NCBI GenBank assembly: GCA_051294905.1
Contig: CM119371.1
Span: forward strand, 27,778,001-27,842,000
Reading direction: 5' to 3'
Source: Botryllus schlosseri
Lineage: Eukaryota
Length of the DNA stretch: 64,000 bases
Positions within the stretch are counted from its first letter, which is position 1, and every line of letters starts with the position of its first letter. The translations under genes and the position numbers were made by a program. Positions 12,823-27,324 of the stretch are shown piece after piece. The notes beneath the pieces are model-generated. The model made no database searches. It was not told where the DNA came from and saw only the letters and a program-made list of their open reading frames with translations.

Positions 12823-13641
12823 CAGCGGTTCCCAACCTTTTTATGCTAATTCCCCACTTCCGAATTATTCCGAGCCTTCATTCCCCACCTAAAATCTTTA
12901 TATCCATATCCACCCTAATGCTACCTCCAATAACATTGGTGATTGTTAAGATTCCCGGAATTGATCAGCACACAATAAAATTAACACAGCAGTGAATTGG
13001 TAACCGTAAACGCAACCCCGTAATAATGTATGTATCTATACCCCGACGCGCAGCCAGCAGAAAAATAGGAGGGGTTTGAAAATCTTCCAAATGCGCGGGG
13101 TAGCATCAATTTACATACGTAAATGCCGAATAATACATGGGTCAGATATAACTTCCTGATGTTGACGAACCCATGCGTGCGATATATATGTATATATATA
13201 TAAGCCGCCATAAGCTACACTTTCGCACAGTACTAAAAAAAAACTTGAAATATCATAAATATGTAATTTCATTCGTAACGAGTCCGGATGTGCTATCAAT
13301 TAGCCAGTCCATGATCTCCCTTGCATACATGTTCAGCAATATGAGCTCTTATTACAACGAAGCAGAATTTTTTTATCACTATGTTTCGTGACCGATGATG
13401 GTGGGCAAATGAATAAAAACATTTGCTGGAGATCGCGTGTCGCTATCCAGGCGATTCTCGCTAGTTGGATGCACGGATATTATGAATCGCTGAATTGCAA
13501 ATGAGCTAAGAAATATTGGAGATACGATCGGCATTTCAAAACGACATTTAATAAAGGAAAATATTACTATAAAGATTTTTGCAAAAGTGAGTCTATTCCC
13601 CACCAGAAATTCCGAAATTCCCCACCGTTTGGGAACCACTG
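12823..13641. mobile_element. hAT (Charlie/Buster-like) MITE inserted in a type-2 SINE tail
   Basis: CAGCGGTTCCCAA...TTGGGAACCACTG with perfect TSD GCCTAGAG. Flanks ~12690-12822 and 13642-13660 match 16215-16380 in reverse. Confidence 0.88.
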
Positions 13642-13734
13642 GCCTAGAGTGCCCGATGTCAGATCGCGAATCGAGTCCATTATTCGAGTATCAATTACAA
13701 TGGCGCCATAAAAATATGTACGTTGTACGTTGTA

Positions 13735-14135
13735 CCAGATGTACAAGATCAGGATTTGGGATTCTGGATCAGGAATCCGGTATTTTTCTCTCAAAGAGGT
13801 TCGGATCCGGATTCACAATTTTTCCCGACAGCGGGATCCGGGTCAGGAGAGGATTCTGGATTCTTGGTGCATGAAGGTTATTTTCTATTGTTCACTGCGA
13901 TATTTTGTATGGCTGGCTTCAGTATTCCACCACTATTTCGAAAAATCCGTAGTAGCAAACTTCAATGCATTGCCGAAGTGTATAATTAGAAAGATTTCGA
14001 TGACTGGGGCAAATAGATGCTGAACCTTGTGTAGGGTATGTTTGGATCCGGATTTTGACACTGGAGACGGAAACGGGATCCTGATAGGAGCAGGATTGGA
14101 TCCGGATCCTGAAGAACCAAGATCCGTACATCTCA
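13735..14135. mobile_element. MITE with GGATCC-rich subterminal repeats
   Basis: AGATGTAC...GTACATCT ends; TSD ACGTTGTA/ACTTTGTA. Confidence 0.72.
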
Positions 14136-14325
14136 ACTTTGTATGCGATAATAATGGAAATAATGATAGCTTTACATTACAATAAATGTAATTTGGCTAT
14201 CCCTATATTTTGCTACTTCATGACAATGCTGTGACTTGAACACTACTTCCCCGGAATGCCATTTCAACCATAGTGCGTAGCTTTGTGTGGCAAGTTTTGG
14301 ATGCTACGACATATTAAGATTTGAA

Positions 14326-15355
14326 CAGGGTTGTAACCAAGTCACAAGGTTCCACGTCACAAGCCAATCTCACGTTTATAGTTTTGACTCGAGTCAAGTC
14401 GAGTCATTTTGAATTCACCACCGAGTCAAGTCCGAGTCCAAGTCAGTGAGTAGAGCAGGGGTGCGCAAACTAGAGGTCGCCACCCCAATGGGGTCGCTTG
14501 CCTGTTCGCCGGGGTCGCGGAGACGAAAATTATACACCAATGACTATCAGAAGAATGTCAATTAGGCGGATGCTATCGGCAGCTCATTTGTGAATATTTT
14601 AGTTCATTTTTTCAAAATAGAAGAAAAACCAATGCGAACCGGCAAACAAGGTATCAGATCACGCGGAACGTCATTTCAAGCGTCACCTATAAGGTTGGTG
14701 TCTATCAGGGTTGTAACCAAGTCACAAGGTTATGAGTCACAAGTAAATCTCACTTTTTTAGTTTTGACTCGAGTCAAGTCGAGTTTTCTTCAATTCACCA
14801 CCGAGTCAATCCGAGTCCAAGTCAACTATTTGAGGGTCGTGTCCGAGTCCACAACATTGTGACATAACACGTTTGAGTCCGAGTCCAAGTCATTGTGTTT
14901 ACCATTCAGTTTTGACTTCAATCCGGTTGAACCCACTTTTTCAAGTCTGGTCGAGTGATATGGAATGGCCCACTTTCATAATATCGTAATTTTCCTCAGT
15001 TTCTGGCCCTATTTCTCAAGTATAAGGACTGATAGACGAAATACCAATAATGTGGGGACTTTACTATCCTTCGAAGGCGCAATGAAATGTCTGCCTTGGC
15101 CGTCATGAGTTGAGAAAAGTGGGCTGAACCAGATTGAGCAGAAAACTGAACAGTGCACATAATGACTTATTGACTCGGACTTGAGTCAAAACACTACGAC
15201 TCGTACTCGACCCTATAGTCCTCTACTCGCTAACTTGGACTCGGACTTGACTCGACTCGGCGGTTAATAGAAAATGACTCGACTTCACCCGAGTCAAAAC
15301 TATAACATCGAGATTGACTGGTGAATCGGAACCTTGTGACTTGGTTACAAGACTG
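14326..15355. mobile_element. MITE family with GACTC/GAGTC repeats (CAGGGTTGTAACCAAGTCAC TIR), composite locus
   Basis: Left ends at 14326 and 14706, right end at 15355. Relatives at 62584-63147 and a fragment at 34901-35003. No clean TSD. Confidence 0.75.
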
Positions 15356-15479
15356 GAGGTAAGTAACGAAGTACTTCTACTTCCGGTCTTTTTTAAGTAA
15401 TAAGATATCAAGTATGGTGCATGAATTCGTCACCTCGACTTCAAGGGCTCAATATACCAAACAGGTCGGGAAGCACTGC

Positions 15480-15880
15480 TCTGCGGAATATGTGTAAAAC
15501 ACGCGCGTCCTCGTCCTTACATTACCACAAGTTCAGCAAGAATGGCAAGAGAACAGTATTCTTTCGAGAATATTCGCATTCAAGTTAAAATACGTGGAGA
15601 TTATACTGAATGAATATCTGATCATGATCTGACATAGCGATTTCGGTTATCAACACATGCGACTTCATTTTCGTCACCTGTCCTTTTTGCGTTGTCTTAT
15701 GTTACTTTTCAGTGCAAGATTCAGTGTCCATGCCTCTTTTATTTACATCATCTAAGCGAGTGTGGAATGGTAAGAATACAACTAGTCGCTTCGACTCCTT
15801 TGCTATCGTTTCATTTCAAAGCGACCTTTTAATGCCTGAATTTCATAGACTTATTTATTAAACTCAACTAAACCGAGCTA
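15480..15880 (+). mobile_element. Decayed LINE 3' end
   Basis: Shares GAATGAATA and ATTCAGTGTCCATGCCTC blocks with 55392-56165 and 17660-17883. Confidence 0.55.
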
Positions 15881-16000
15881 AGTTAATTACTGCAACGCAC
15901 GCCACTCACAGTGCATCACGGCGAACTCCAGCACTGTGACAGATACAAGGCTACCAAGACATGACAAGTGTTATTCTCGCTTACACTACGCGAGACGCGA

Positions 16001-16385
16001 GGGGAGATACTGTAGTGGTTACGATAAGCGCCCAGCACGCAGGCGAACCGCGTTCGATTCCCGCCGGAGGTTTATCTGGGCTCCTCTTCCCTTGCCGTTC
16101 TTACGGCGACAAAAAAGCCCAGAAAAAGACCCGACGAAAGAAAGCACTCACAATGAATGGAAAAGAACTAGTAGAAAGGGCCGCGGCTTCAAAGAGATCA
16201 ACATCGAAAAAGAACTGTGACATCCGGCACTCTAGCCCGAGGTGGATGTTAGAGTAAAGGATCGCTACTGATGCGTGTTCTACACCCTGATGCGTGTTCT
16301 ACACACGTTCTACATCCTCCTATCTATCGTCCATGACATCGCTTTGTGTCTTACATTGTGTGTGACTTGTTCAAATAAAAATATA
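16001..16385 (+). mobile_element. tRNA-derived SINE, type 2, with LINE-like tail
   Basis: A-box-like TACTGTAGTGG, B box GTTCGATTCCC, central domain shared with type 1. Tail also found at ~12690-13660 (-) and 54030-54180 (+). Confidence 0.72.
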
Positions 16386-17659
16386 ACCCAACCATGTTAT
16401 GTTACACAGTTAGAAATCTGACTGAACATAGCCTCTACATGTGATTTGATGTCACCACAGCATTCAAGCCGCCAGCATAATAATCAATGATACATGTGAA
16501 AACGAGATCCTTACTCAGTACATCGTTACCAACAAGAAGCCGCACCATCCTAACCTTACTCATGATGCTAAAAAAGGTCATTAAATGACGATTTGGACAT
16601 CCTACTGCGACTATAAATAGCTGTTTTCACCGCTGCGTGAAATATATGCTGCGATATACGCGTTTTCCCAAGTTGGTAACTTTTCGTTTGAAGCATTCAC
16701 ACTTTTCTCCATGGAAATATTTTAGACCGATTACAAAACCCGAATGAAAACAAATCATCACGCGAATCACATTTATGCAACCATCGCGAGGCTTGATGCC
16801 CATCAAACTCTCCGAATAAAGACCAATAGGGTTGCATTTAAAATAATCGGGGTTTTAAAACGGCTTGGGAAAATAGCACGGAATGCAGTGGCCTGTCGCA
16901 CATACGCCACATGCGTCCAATGATTCGATGACGTGCATCAGTAAACTTAAAATACCCGCGCTTAGTTACTCATTCTCAATACGGAGCAATTAAACTTATG
17001 CGTATACAGGACAATTACGTAATCACGTGCCGGACAAGGTCGACGATTGGGCTTTCCTGAAAGCAATTCTCACTGGATTGGCTATTGGAACGGGGAATCG
17101 ACTTTGCGACCTCGTATACCCAGAGCATGTGTGAGAAATGTCGATATAAAAAATCACATGGTATGGTCGAAACCGGCGTAGTAAGTTATTTGCATGGCTT
17201 CGGTGACGTGATTGGTTGAGCATAGCGACGATCGTCCGGATAGTAAGCTTTTCTCTATCTCCGCGATTCCCGTACGCGGGAATAACTCAAGTGGTACGCT
17301 AGTAGGTTCAGCAAACGTTTTAATTTCTGTATTGAAAGTATAATATGTAGATCAAGACTTTTAGTTTGTTGGGCCTACCAAAAACTGGATTGTTCAATTG
17401 TTGCAGGGAAGGTTCACGCCCCCAGTTACCAAGAATCTTCCATGTAGTAAAAATGACCTAATATCGCAAACAATATAGATTCTAGAATGTTCGATTACTC
17501 ACGGTCTAATCTTTCCGGACCATATCTTCCCTTCTCAGTAAACAATTTGTGCCTAACTAAATCTCGGTACAATTAACTTGTGATCAAACTAAAAAGGGGG
17601 GCCGTCAGCACTTTCGAGCTAAGTGACTCTGCCCCGGCCAATAACACGAGGGGGTACGT

Positions 17660-17883
17660 GAGCCACATGACACCTCAATTTGTCGCTTGCGTCTTATAGT
17701 GTCCATATTACTTTTTATTCAGTGTACATGCCTCTTATTTACTTCGCCTAGGCTAAGGTGGGTGTCTGATCTTAAAGGCTACTCCAAGTTGTTTCGACAC
17801 CCTCCTATCTTTTCATTGTGTCGCAGTCTTGTGATGTTTTGAAACGATGGAAATATTAATAAACCTGATTGATTGATTGATTG
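17660..17883 (+). mobile_element. LINE 3' UTR fragment ending in (GATT)n
   Basis: Homologous to 55640-56165; AATAAA followed by GATT repeats. Confidence 0.7.
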
Positions 17884-18487
17884 GAAAAATGCTCGAAAGG
17901 GTACGCGCATGCAAAACGTTTGTTAAACCCTACTCTACTGCGTCTGCGCTTACTGGGCGTAGTTTATACTTAGTTTATACCTTCGTGTTAGGATTGTTAA
18001 CGTATCATACTTTCAAGCGGATGTCGCCACTATTCATAATTGTGCGGCAAACAGATTGCAAAACTAATTTCCACTTTACAGGATCCAAAGTGTTGAAGGT
18101 AAATATAGTGTTGCCCAAAACCGTGATGTAACTGTAGAAATAGCACGAGTCTTGAAACATATAACCACTGCCCAGAGACCACATATGCGTTACTCGCACG
18201 CATTCAGTGATTCAATGACTCTTATAGTAAACATAGTAAACTTTAAATACAACCGCTTTGTTACTCATTCCCAGCATGGAGAAAGCAAACCGATGCGGAG
18301 TGAGCAATCGCGTCATCAGGTGTCGGGCGAGGCCAGGCATATAAGACCTTTCTGTTTGTCTTTTGATATTTACGGTGCTTCGATTACATTGGTCATTTTA
18401 CACTATGCCGATATTCTTTATTTCTGAATCCGTATTCACAGACTTGTAGCACGACCCACTTAGGCTCTTGTAAGACACCGCTTACGC

Positions 18488-19673
18488 CAGTGGTTCCCAA
18501 CCTTTTTCGTCTCGTGCCCCCCTTGGCCGATATTTGAGCTAAAATTCCCCCCTATGAAAAAGTTGCCTGTGACTAAAAAAATGTGCTTTTTAACGCGCAA
18601 CCACTTGTTGAAAGAAAAGGAAAGAACGTAGTTTATTTTTGTCCTTGATGTTTTTTCCGGCATATACACCGACTCATGATACACATACATACGATCTGTG
18701 CATATGCATACCATTAGCGTATGGTGTGCATATGCCCCGGACAAGGAAGTGCAGTCACAGTGGTGGCTTTTGGGGTGGGCGAGGTGGGCGGTCGCCCGGC
18801 CCCCCCCCCTGGTCGAAGGGGGCCCCCCTATTCGGATTATGCGCTTTTTTTTAAGGATAATAACGAATGAACATGGAAATCCGTGTACCAAGCAAGAATA
18901 TGATTCCGTACGGATGTGTCAATCATCATCAAATCTCTGCATTTGTTAGAAAAGTCCCGTATGCCGATGATGATCACGTCTCTACATGCAGTAGAATTAC
19001 TTAGTCTTGATGTAGTCTATCCTTAGACACATGCAATAATAGACATAGCCGAATCCAGCACCTGGCCAAACCTTACCGCGGGAAAGGGGGGTCTGGGGGG
19101 CGGAGCCCCCCAGAAGTTACGGTTTAATACTTATAGGGGGGCCCCCCGGTAAGTCTCGCCCAGCCTGACCTGTTTTTCACCGGTTGGGTAGCGGCTGACG
19201 AAAAATAAATCACCAAGATCGCTCGCTATGGACTTGAGTTGAATCGATGAATTGGTACGGTATGTTTTTCACGTTAGCACATATGTTGGCTTAAAAAGTT
19301 AAACAATTTCACTAGCGGCCTTGTGCTGAAGTCGGCTTGACGTTTTCCTGCTTGGTAGCAATTTGGTCCAGAGGCTGTCGTGGACCCAACGAAATCGTCT
19401 CTTGAGTCTCACTTTATCAGGAGGTGTAATATATACGGAAGGCATTTGAACATACACCTAGCTTGAAATACGCCAAAGAAACATACAATTGTTAAGAACT
19501 AATTTCTGCTTAACAGTTCTATACCATAAAAATCTAAAAACCTTGTGAACCCAGTGTATCTTCCGATACAATGCAAAAGCCAGATTCCCGCTAAAAAAAT
19601 TAAGCCAGATTCCCCCCTAAGAATATCAAAATTCCCCCCAAGGGGGGAATTCCCCCTCGGTTGGGAACCACTG
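18488..19673. mobile_element. hAT-type MITE splitting a type-1 SINE
   Basis: CAGTGGTTCCCAACC TIRs with perfect TSD GCTTACGC. SINE halves lie at ~18350-18487 and 19674-19816. Confidence 0.9.
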
Positions 19674-19841
19674 GCTTACGCGGATGACACGACGAGGAGG
19701 AGCCTATAGATAAACATCCGTCACTTAGGTAGGAATGCTGGCGTCGATATCGGTCGGACTCGAACCCGCAACCATTGGTGTTGTAGCTGTGGATCATAGC
19801 ACTACGCTATCTCGCCTTTCTGATTTCAACCATTACTATCG

Positions 19842-21385
19842 CAGGGATTGCCAACGTTTTCGGCCGAAGGGCCAATTGAAGGTTGATGACCTTTTTAGTC
19901 GTCCCATAAGGGCGAGCTGGATTAGGTAACGATGAAAACAAGTCTTATTTTATCAACAGCATTTATGCCATGACAACTCCTTTTCAAATTTAATCAAAGG
20001 ATTCGCTAAATAATTTGGCTACTTGCATATAGTGCGGGTCGCCTGTATACCTGAGTCTATAAGAACATGACTATATGGCGCCTGGACTAGATTCGCCATA
20101 CGTCTGGAATTTCCCGGACATGTCCGGAATTTCACTGTTCAAACTAGCGTCCGGGAGGAATTTCTAAAATATGCCAAATGTTCGGAATTTTGAAGACCTG
20201 ACGTAGGCTCAGAATTTTTTTCATAAATCAAGATAAAAACATTATTTTTGGGAATATTTATGCTGATGCATGATATTTTTCTTCGCGCTGCGCGCGATTT
20301 ACTATCACATTTATTTCTTTTAATATGGGGACTACCACCCTCACAAAACTGCAATAAAATATAAATAAAAACAACCTTCATTTACTGGAATAAGCCTAAT
20401 TATTGTAATCGCAATTATCGGAGAACGGTATATTCCTAGAGACCGTTAAGGCCGTTTAAATGCTTTATTCAAAGATAGTGATTCCAAACGTGGGGGTCGT
20501 TTGCCTTTATTATGAGGTTCGCGAATATGTTGAAAGTTATCAGCTTCCAAAATTGCCCGTGAGTAAGTCTGGGCAAAGGTGCCGACTCCTTTTAGTAATC
20601 AGCTCGTCAAATTTTGATCTTGGCCACGGAACATTTTCAAATTGGAAATGGAGTCACGACCTTAAAAGGTTGGAAACCACTGGATGTGGGGTGTTTATAA
20701 AGCTCTGTGGTGCGCACCGGCATAAGGATGATAAAAAATCTTATCGGTGGGGCATGGGCATGACTTAACGATGTACAATTACGCTCCCTGTATTTTCGAA
20801 CTCTTCATCCTCCACCAGCTCTACCGCTAACTCTGATCATATGGGCGTAGAGTAGTAACTATATGGTAATATATGGAGCAACCAATATTATTGACAGAAT
20901 TAATTCAAAAATTTTAACGACCAGATGCATATAGCAAGCCCCCCTCCCGGAAGTTGCATCGATTGCCTCATGGTGGGCTCAAAATCATTGTTTATTTGGG
21001 CGGGAAGGGCTGAAAAATGTTGTTTCGGTCCCGGTTACATAACACACAGCCACATACTCCTGAACCGGATCGTGACCACCTTTGGTCTATGAGCAAAGCT
21101 TTGCTAGTGTGACGTCATAACTCATTTTGAAATCCACCAGTGGGCGCTAACGAGTCTCTGGAATTTGGTTCAAAGAAATATGGTAACCCTAGCCTGGACG
21201 TATCAACATCGAAGGTATCGGCCAACATGTATCTATCATTGATTGATTGGCAATAAATTTCAAGTTAAATAAGTCTGCCAAGAAATCTTGTACTTCATGG
21301 AAATGTACTAAGATGTACAAAAAATGTGGCTAGCCTAAGGCTTCGTCAATGCGTCGGAACAACCTAATCGGGTTGGTCACCCCTG
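19842..21385. mobile_element. Outer hAT-type MITE containing nested MITEs
   Basis: CAGGGATTGCCAAC...GTTGGTCACCCCTG; imperfect TSD TACTATCG/CGCTATCG. Confidence 0.55.
20088..21191. mobile_element. hAT-type MITE nested in 19842-21385
   Basis: TAGATTCGCCATA...TATGGTAACCCTA with perfect TSD GCCTGGAC. Contains another element at ~20476-20682. Confidence 0.8.
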
Positions 21386-22301
21386 CGCTATCGCAGTCGC
21401 AAATCGACTGTGACCTCGTCTGCTACATCCTACCTAAAATATTTCGGGGTAGCATGACTTCAAAATGAAGCATAAGACACCTCCGTAAGAATTGCAAGTG
21501 ACGAAAGTATATTTCCTCATCCCGACAAGGAGCCATAATTGTTGCCTTTGATGATTCGACGCACGTGAATTATAATGATGTCTCTGCCTGAAATTAGATA
21601 CACATACACAGTACACACCTGCAGTTAAACCACGCTCCCTCTCAATCTACGCAACATCAAACCGTGAGTGCATACCTTTTTACAGTAAAACCTGATTTGG
21701 ACTGCAGACATACAAACGTAATCGAAGCAATTAGCGAGTGGCATATCAACGAGAATAACACTTATCACTACGGAAATGACAGGCAATACCGGAAACAATT
21801 TCTACGACTGGCACGCAATGGACTTGCAACAGACTGATAGTGAAAAATTCAGGTGCTGCCTGATGTCATTCGCTTAGCAGATATATTTGAATGGTTCTGA
21901 CTTTATGACACTATCATAGTCTTCTTCATTGCCACATTAGTAGACCCTATTCCAGTACGAACCATGGTACAGAATGCTCGGTGAATATTGTTGTGAAATA
22001 CCTGACTTCTCCAGTAATGTAATATATCGTACGATCGTAACTCCTAGGATAACAACTTGCCATCATCCGCTGCATCGAAAAAAGGAAATTCCACACAAAT
22101 CTGTGAGGAGCCTCGTGAGATCATACACTACATTATACCGTAATGTGCGATAAATTGTGTATGACGTATGACCTTGTTGCAATAAAATGTTCCGTTACTG
22201 CTACGTTCTAACTGCTTGACTTGTATTGTAGAGCATGCAGTGACAAAGTTACCTGACGTCTGATGCGGCAGGAAATGATACAAATATAGTTCAGTATTCA
22301 G

Positions 22302-23283
22302 TAGGGATGGTGTAAACCTCTGAAAGATTCAGGTTCGTGTGAACGCGAACGTTTTTTGAAAGGTTCTGTGCGATCGCGAACGGGAACCTCATGACGTCAG
22401 GTGACATCATATTGCTAATTCCAACCCTATATTTCAGTGAAGTGATAGCCTATAATAATGTACAGTACACGATACCTAGCGACGACTTGGGCCACACATA
22501 ATGCCACGATGCTGAAGTACATATTGACGTTTTAAACGTCGCTAAATGTATCAACTGAGGCAATCGAATGATATAATAATCCCATAAAATCAATATCTTC
22601 CGTCGCTTTGCCAAAAATTTCCACGAGGACTTGCAAGGGAATATAAGATTACGCCTTAACGGTCTATGCCAGACCGGATAATGTATTCGGCGTTTGAGTA
22701 TTGCTACATTGATATCGAGCTGAGCGTAAAACGGGTTTCTGTACTTGCCACCGATATTAACAAGTTTTATCGCAGTCGCCAACACCTAATCGCACGGATT
22801 TGGTTTTTATGATACAGTAAACATACGAAGTCAAGATTGACCCCGTGCGCCTGCTAGATTTTGTACATCAGACAGCGATATCAATCTCATTGATTGATTA
22901 AATTGTCATCATTCACTGACTGCATGTGTTGTATTTTGCTCTTGGTGTTGTGCGATTGCGGGTCAAGCTCACAACAGAAAGTCACTAAATATTCACAAAC
23001 GGAAAGCTGGATATATCTAGCAATCTTTTGTAACAAAGCAAGTAACATCTTTGAGATTGTCAAGGCGAATGCTTGTTTGGTGTTGATATTTTATGCATAG
23101 AGTGGCCCGCAGTTGAAATGCAATAAATTGCAACCAAAGATGTTATAATGAAGTGAATATTGTAATATACGAAAAAGGTTCACAGTGCAGAACCTCCCAA
23201 AGTTCGTTTGTGAACGTGAACCTGTAATTTTATGCGGTTCACACACGAATGTTAACGGTAACCTCACGTTCACACCATCCCTA
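22302..23283. mobile_element. hAT-type MITE (TAGGGATGGTGT TIR), copy 2
   Basis: TIRs and perfect TSD GTATTCAG. Confidence 0.92.
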
Positions 23284-24264
23284 GTATTCAGTGCAGCATA
23301 GTAACTTGGCTACGAAGATTCCCGAGCAGCGCGACAACGCTCGGCGCGAATGTGAGGCCCTTGCGGACATCAAGTTAACATCGGATGTATTACAATCCTA
23401 TCAATGCGTTGCAACACCGTCATGTGATACGACATTTCTAATGTCACTATGACGTCATGGTATTCTGTAACGTCACTAATGTTGCAATTATAGGCAACTA
23501 CCAACACCATCATGCCATCTTTTACAATTAGATAATTCTAGTTTTGTAATCGCACTAATTATAGCGAAATGTCTGTAATCTAATTGCAATCAAATTTGTG
23601 CAATCTTTTCGGGCTGTAATTCTATTTCTAATGTAATTTATGAAACGTTTCTATGCTATAGTTTTAATTCAAATATGAATTCTGGTTTTCGAAAAGAGCC
23701 AAGCTTGCTGTCCAGACGTTTGTCACTCTCTTCCTTCGTGTGAATGAACTCTCTGATTTGATACTAAGTGAACTTGATTCAAATTCAAGGTTTTCGCGAA
23801 TTAAGTAACTCCAATTCTAATCAAATTTGAAAAAGAAAACTTCTGTAGCTGTAATTTTAATCCTAATTTAATTGGTAAAAACTGTGTAGCTATAATTCTA
23901 CTACTAATGTAATTCGGTGAAGCAGACAATTTTATTGTTGTGCAATGCTGCCCAGAGTGTTCCGAAATAGTGATGTGAAATCACGTAACGCCATGTATCC
24001 TTGTTGTTCACGTTCGTGAATGATAGTTGAAGCAAAAGAGTTGGTTTTGGGGATAAAACGTCGCATGCTTAAGGTCACATGCTAAATGCATGCGCAATTG
24101 CGCAATGCGCATACATCGCTTTTGATTGCATTGAAGGAGGCATATCCATTATTCGAGATAATGGTGATGGACGAGAACAGAAATTCGCATCAGCCCATTG
24201 CTTACAACGGCTGAGCTTGCATCACCTGGAAGCTTTGAGTCGTGACTGACCGCATCGTCTAGCC

Positions 24265-24579
24265 CAGCGATTCACAAACTGGGAAGGAGGTGCTCCCCTT
24301 GGGGAGCGTGAAAGCATCCGAAGGGGGCGCGAAGCTGCGGTTAACTGAAAAAATATTTCACGCTTGGCGCGATTTACCTCCAATTCAAGGATTCTGCTCT
24401 GTGTATAGCCAGAATTTCCTGGACAACTCTGTCATCAACAGTTATAACCTTCCACGCCATCAAACTATCCGTTGTGATTGCTAACACTATGGTTGCATTT
24501 TGTGATATGACGATAAGGGGGCGCGCAAATTTTTCACTGTCATAAATGGGGCGTGTCTAAGAAAGTTTGAGAACCACTG
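24265..24579. mobile_element. hAT-type MITE
   Basis: CAGCGATTCACAAACT...AGTTTGAGAACCACTG; perfect TSD GTCTAGCC. Confidence 0.88.
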
Positions 24580-27034
24580 GTCTAGCCATAGTCAAACGTT
24601 ATGCAATATCGTTTCACAGCTGCAGCAATGGAATGGGACAGCCGCACCACATCTCCAGCTTGCGACGGAGAATATCGCGCTAAACATATGCCAACCTGTT
24701 ATTCACGAGACTCTCGTAAACGCAAGTCTCATGCAAAAGTAATCCTAGTCACCGTACACTCCATTATGGTTTGAATCCCACTGTGTGATCAATCACCTTC
24801 GACACAGGTCGATCTGATCCAGGGGTAAACTTTTTAGCTCGCGGGCCGCATTCAGCATTTGAATCCATTCACGGGCTTCACTACATAAAATTGGGATACT
24901 GTGTGAGCAGCGATCTATTCATAGATTTGCTGATTGTACTTTTGCTTCAACTCCAGGACACGCGATACTGACACGAATCTGCAATATATAAATATTATAA
25001 ACATGAACACACATTAAAAGAACGAATCTATCTAACACACTCGCGAATCGGTCTTTCCAAGAACAGCACTAAAGTAATAAATTTACTCATGTTGCCAATA
25101 TGAAATCATTCTCATGGACCGAATTGAGTCCTTTACCTTTCACATTCTGTGATGTTTAGCAACTGAAAATTTTCGGAATGCATGCGCCTCGACTTCAGGC
25201 TATCGCGCCATCAATGTAATAAAAAATACTATAATAAAAAGCATGTTTAAATACATTAGGAAAAGGTTTAAACCAGTACCCACAGTAATTTGATTTTTAG
25301 TACGCATTTTATCAATATTTATCCAGCGTTTCCGGAGGCTTTCGGTGGCCGCACAAAACGGTATTGCAGGCCGCATGCGGTCCCCGGGCCGTAGTTTACC
25401 CACCCATGACTGATCAGTAGGCAGGTAGGTATTCAACATTTCCGGTGGTGGATCATAGTTAACTCGAGCATCTAATAGAAATGGAAACTGATCAACAATT
25501 ACTAGTTATAATCTAAATAATCGCTTTCCCGAATTCGTAAATCATATCCTCAAAATCGTTATCTTTCAATTCGTAATCCAAACTCATGATCATCCATGGT
25601 TTTTACTAGTCGGTATAAAAGCCCTAGTTTATACCAAGACAGTGTCATAGTGACATCAGTCATTACCGCGTGATGAGAAATGCGGCAGCGTAAATGGCGC
25701 AATATCTTACACTGTGATAACGGCCGAAACATGATACGGTTGCTTTTGTTTTAAAGACATACATAGTAAGAACCGTGAGCGCATACTAATCACGCATCGC
25801 ATGATTTGAAACAGTTATTCAGACGCTATTTCTAAAACTGAGCGTGTGTAGTAACGTTTGGAATAATTCGCGCTGGTTTCATAACGTTGCGAGCTTCACC
25901 AACGTCATTTTCAAGGCAGTGTGCAGGATAATATGGCGTTAAAGCTACTTTGTACAGCATAGTATATAAAATGAAAATATAATTCGTTCAAATATATTCA
26001 TATGGTATGACAGTATAACAGCACTAGCATCGAGTAAAGGTGAACTGCGAAGCTGTATAGGTACGCTAGCAGGGATATTAGTTATTACTGGCATATTGTC
26101 AATTACTGCGACGGGAGGTAAGAGGAGTGCACAGTACGAAATACGAATCACCAAGTCGACGGAGAAGTCTAGTAATAGGTAATAAGTATATTGGTGTCGC
26201 CTGTGTGGCTTTGGATATTATTATTTTACCTCGGGCTCTATATAGGAATATACGTTTTGAGTTGAATTTTGAGATTTTAGAAACCTACACTTCGTATAAT
26301 AATTTTTGGTAAATTATATCCTGCGAGCTAGTTCTGGTTAAAGGCGTTGCACTGATTAGCGAATCCTATATAGATTTTGCTTTTACACACTAATCATAAT
26401 CACTAACATTCACGATTAGCAGCATCTCCTCGCCAGCTTTACTCATGCAAGAGAGCATCCAGGTTATATTTTGCTAAGCAGCGAAAATATAGTACAGCGT
26501 GTATAATTGTATGTAGGTAAATTGTATTATACAATGGTATGCCTACAATTCTGATTGCTGGCCATCGACGCGACTTTGTCAGCAAATGACAAGTGATACT
26601 CTTTAAACTTTTCATTTTGCAAAGTGTAAAATGGGTTTGGATTATGCTTGCATTATTTCCATCGGTGATATTGTCATACCACCTTGTCTATATAGCTCTG
26701 TATCACGTTAGATAACTGAATGTACTTTCAAATATTACATCTATTTCTATTGTCATTAGTGAATTTGCGTCTGTCCGAAGCTGTACCCTGCAGTCTCAAA
26801 AGTAGTCACCTCTATTTAACCGCTAAAAGTAATCGACCTCACTACGAAATTCACCTTATAAACTACTTACTTGAATGCTTTTCAGGCCTTTATTTCCTGC
26901 TTCTACTTGAGGTAGTGTGTACATGTCTTGTAAATCACTACTTATACTCGTAATTAAGTACAGATTTACTGCCGTACATCTACTTTTACTTCATCACCAG
27001 CGCTGATCACTTTGACCACCTCTGCACCTTATCA

Positions 27035-27324
27035 TGGGGTTACCATACGTTCTCTTTTAGGAGGATTTGTCCTCCTTTTTCAGGTTTTTGAAAATGTCCT
27101 CCGAGGACGGCTAAATATCCTCATTTTTGAGATTTTGTCCTCCTTTTTGAGAATTTTGGTTAAATATAGGGCAAAATTCGACTGAGATACAGTAAATCAG
27201 CACTCAACCCCGACCACTATGTGGGAAAAATTTACAATTTTTTCCAGATTTTTCTCCGGTGTTCTAAGTTTCAAACGTTTTAAAAAGTGTCCTGCTTTCC
27301 CGATTCTAAAATATAGTAACCCTA
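27035..27324. mobile_element. hAT-type MITE with GTCCTC repeats
   Basis: TGGGGTTACCATA...TATAGTAACCCTA; TSD CCTTATCA/CCTTATAA; related to 46223-46701 and ~63755-63900. Confidence 0.8.

Noticed and set aside
21685..21838. Plus-strand frame with AISEWHINENNTYHY resembling a CAP motif
   Set aside because: Weak match, opposite strand to the CAP gene, no supporting exons.
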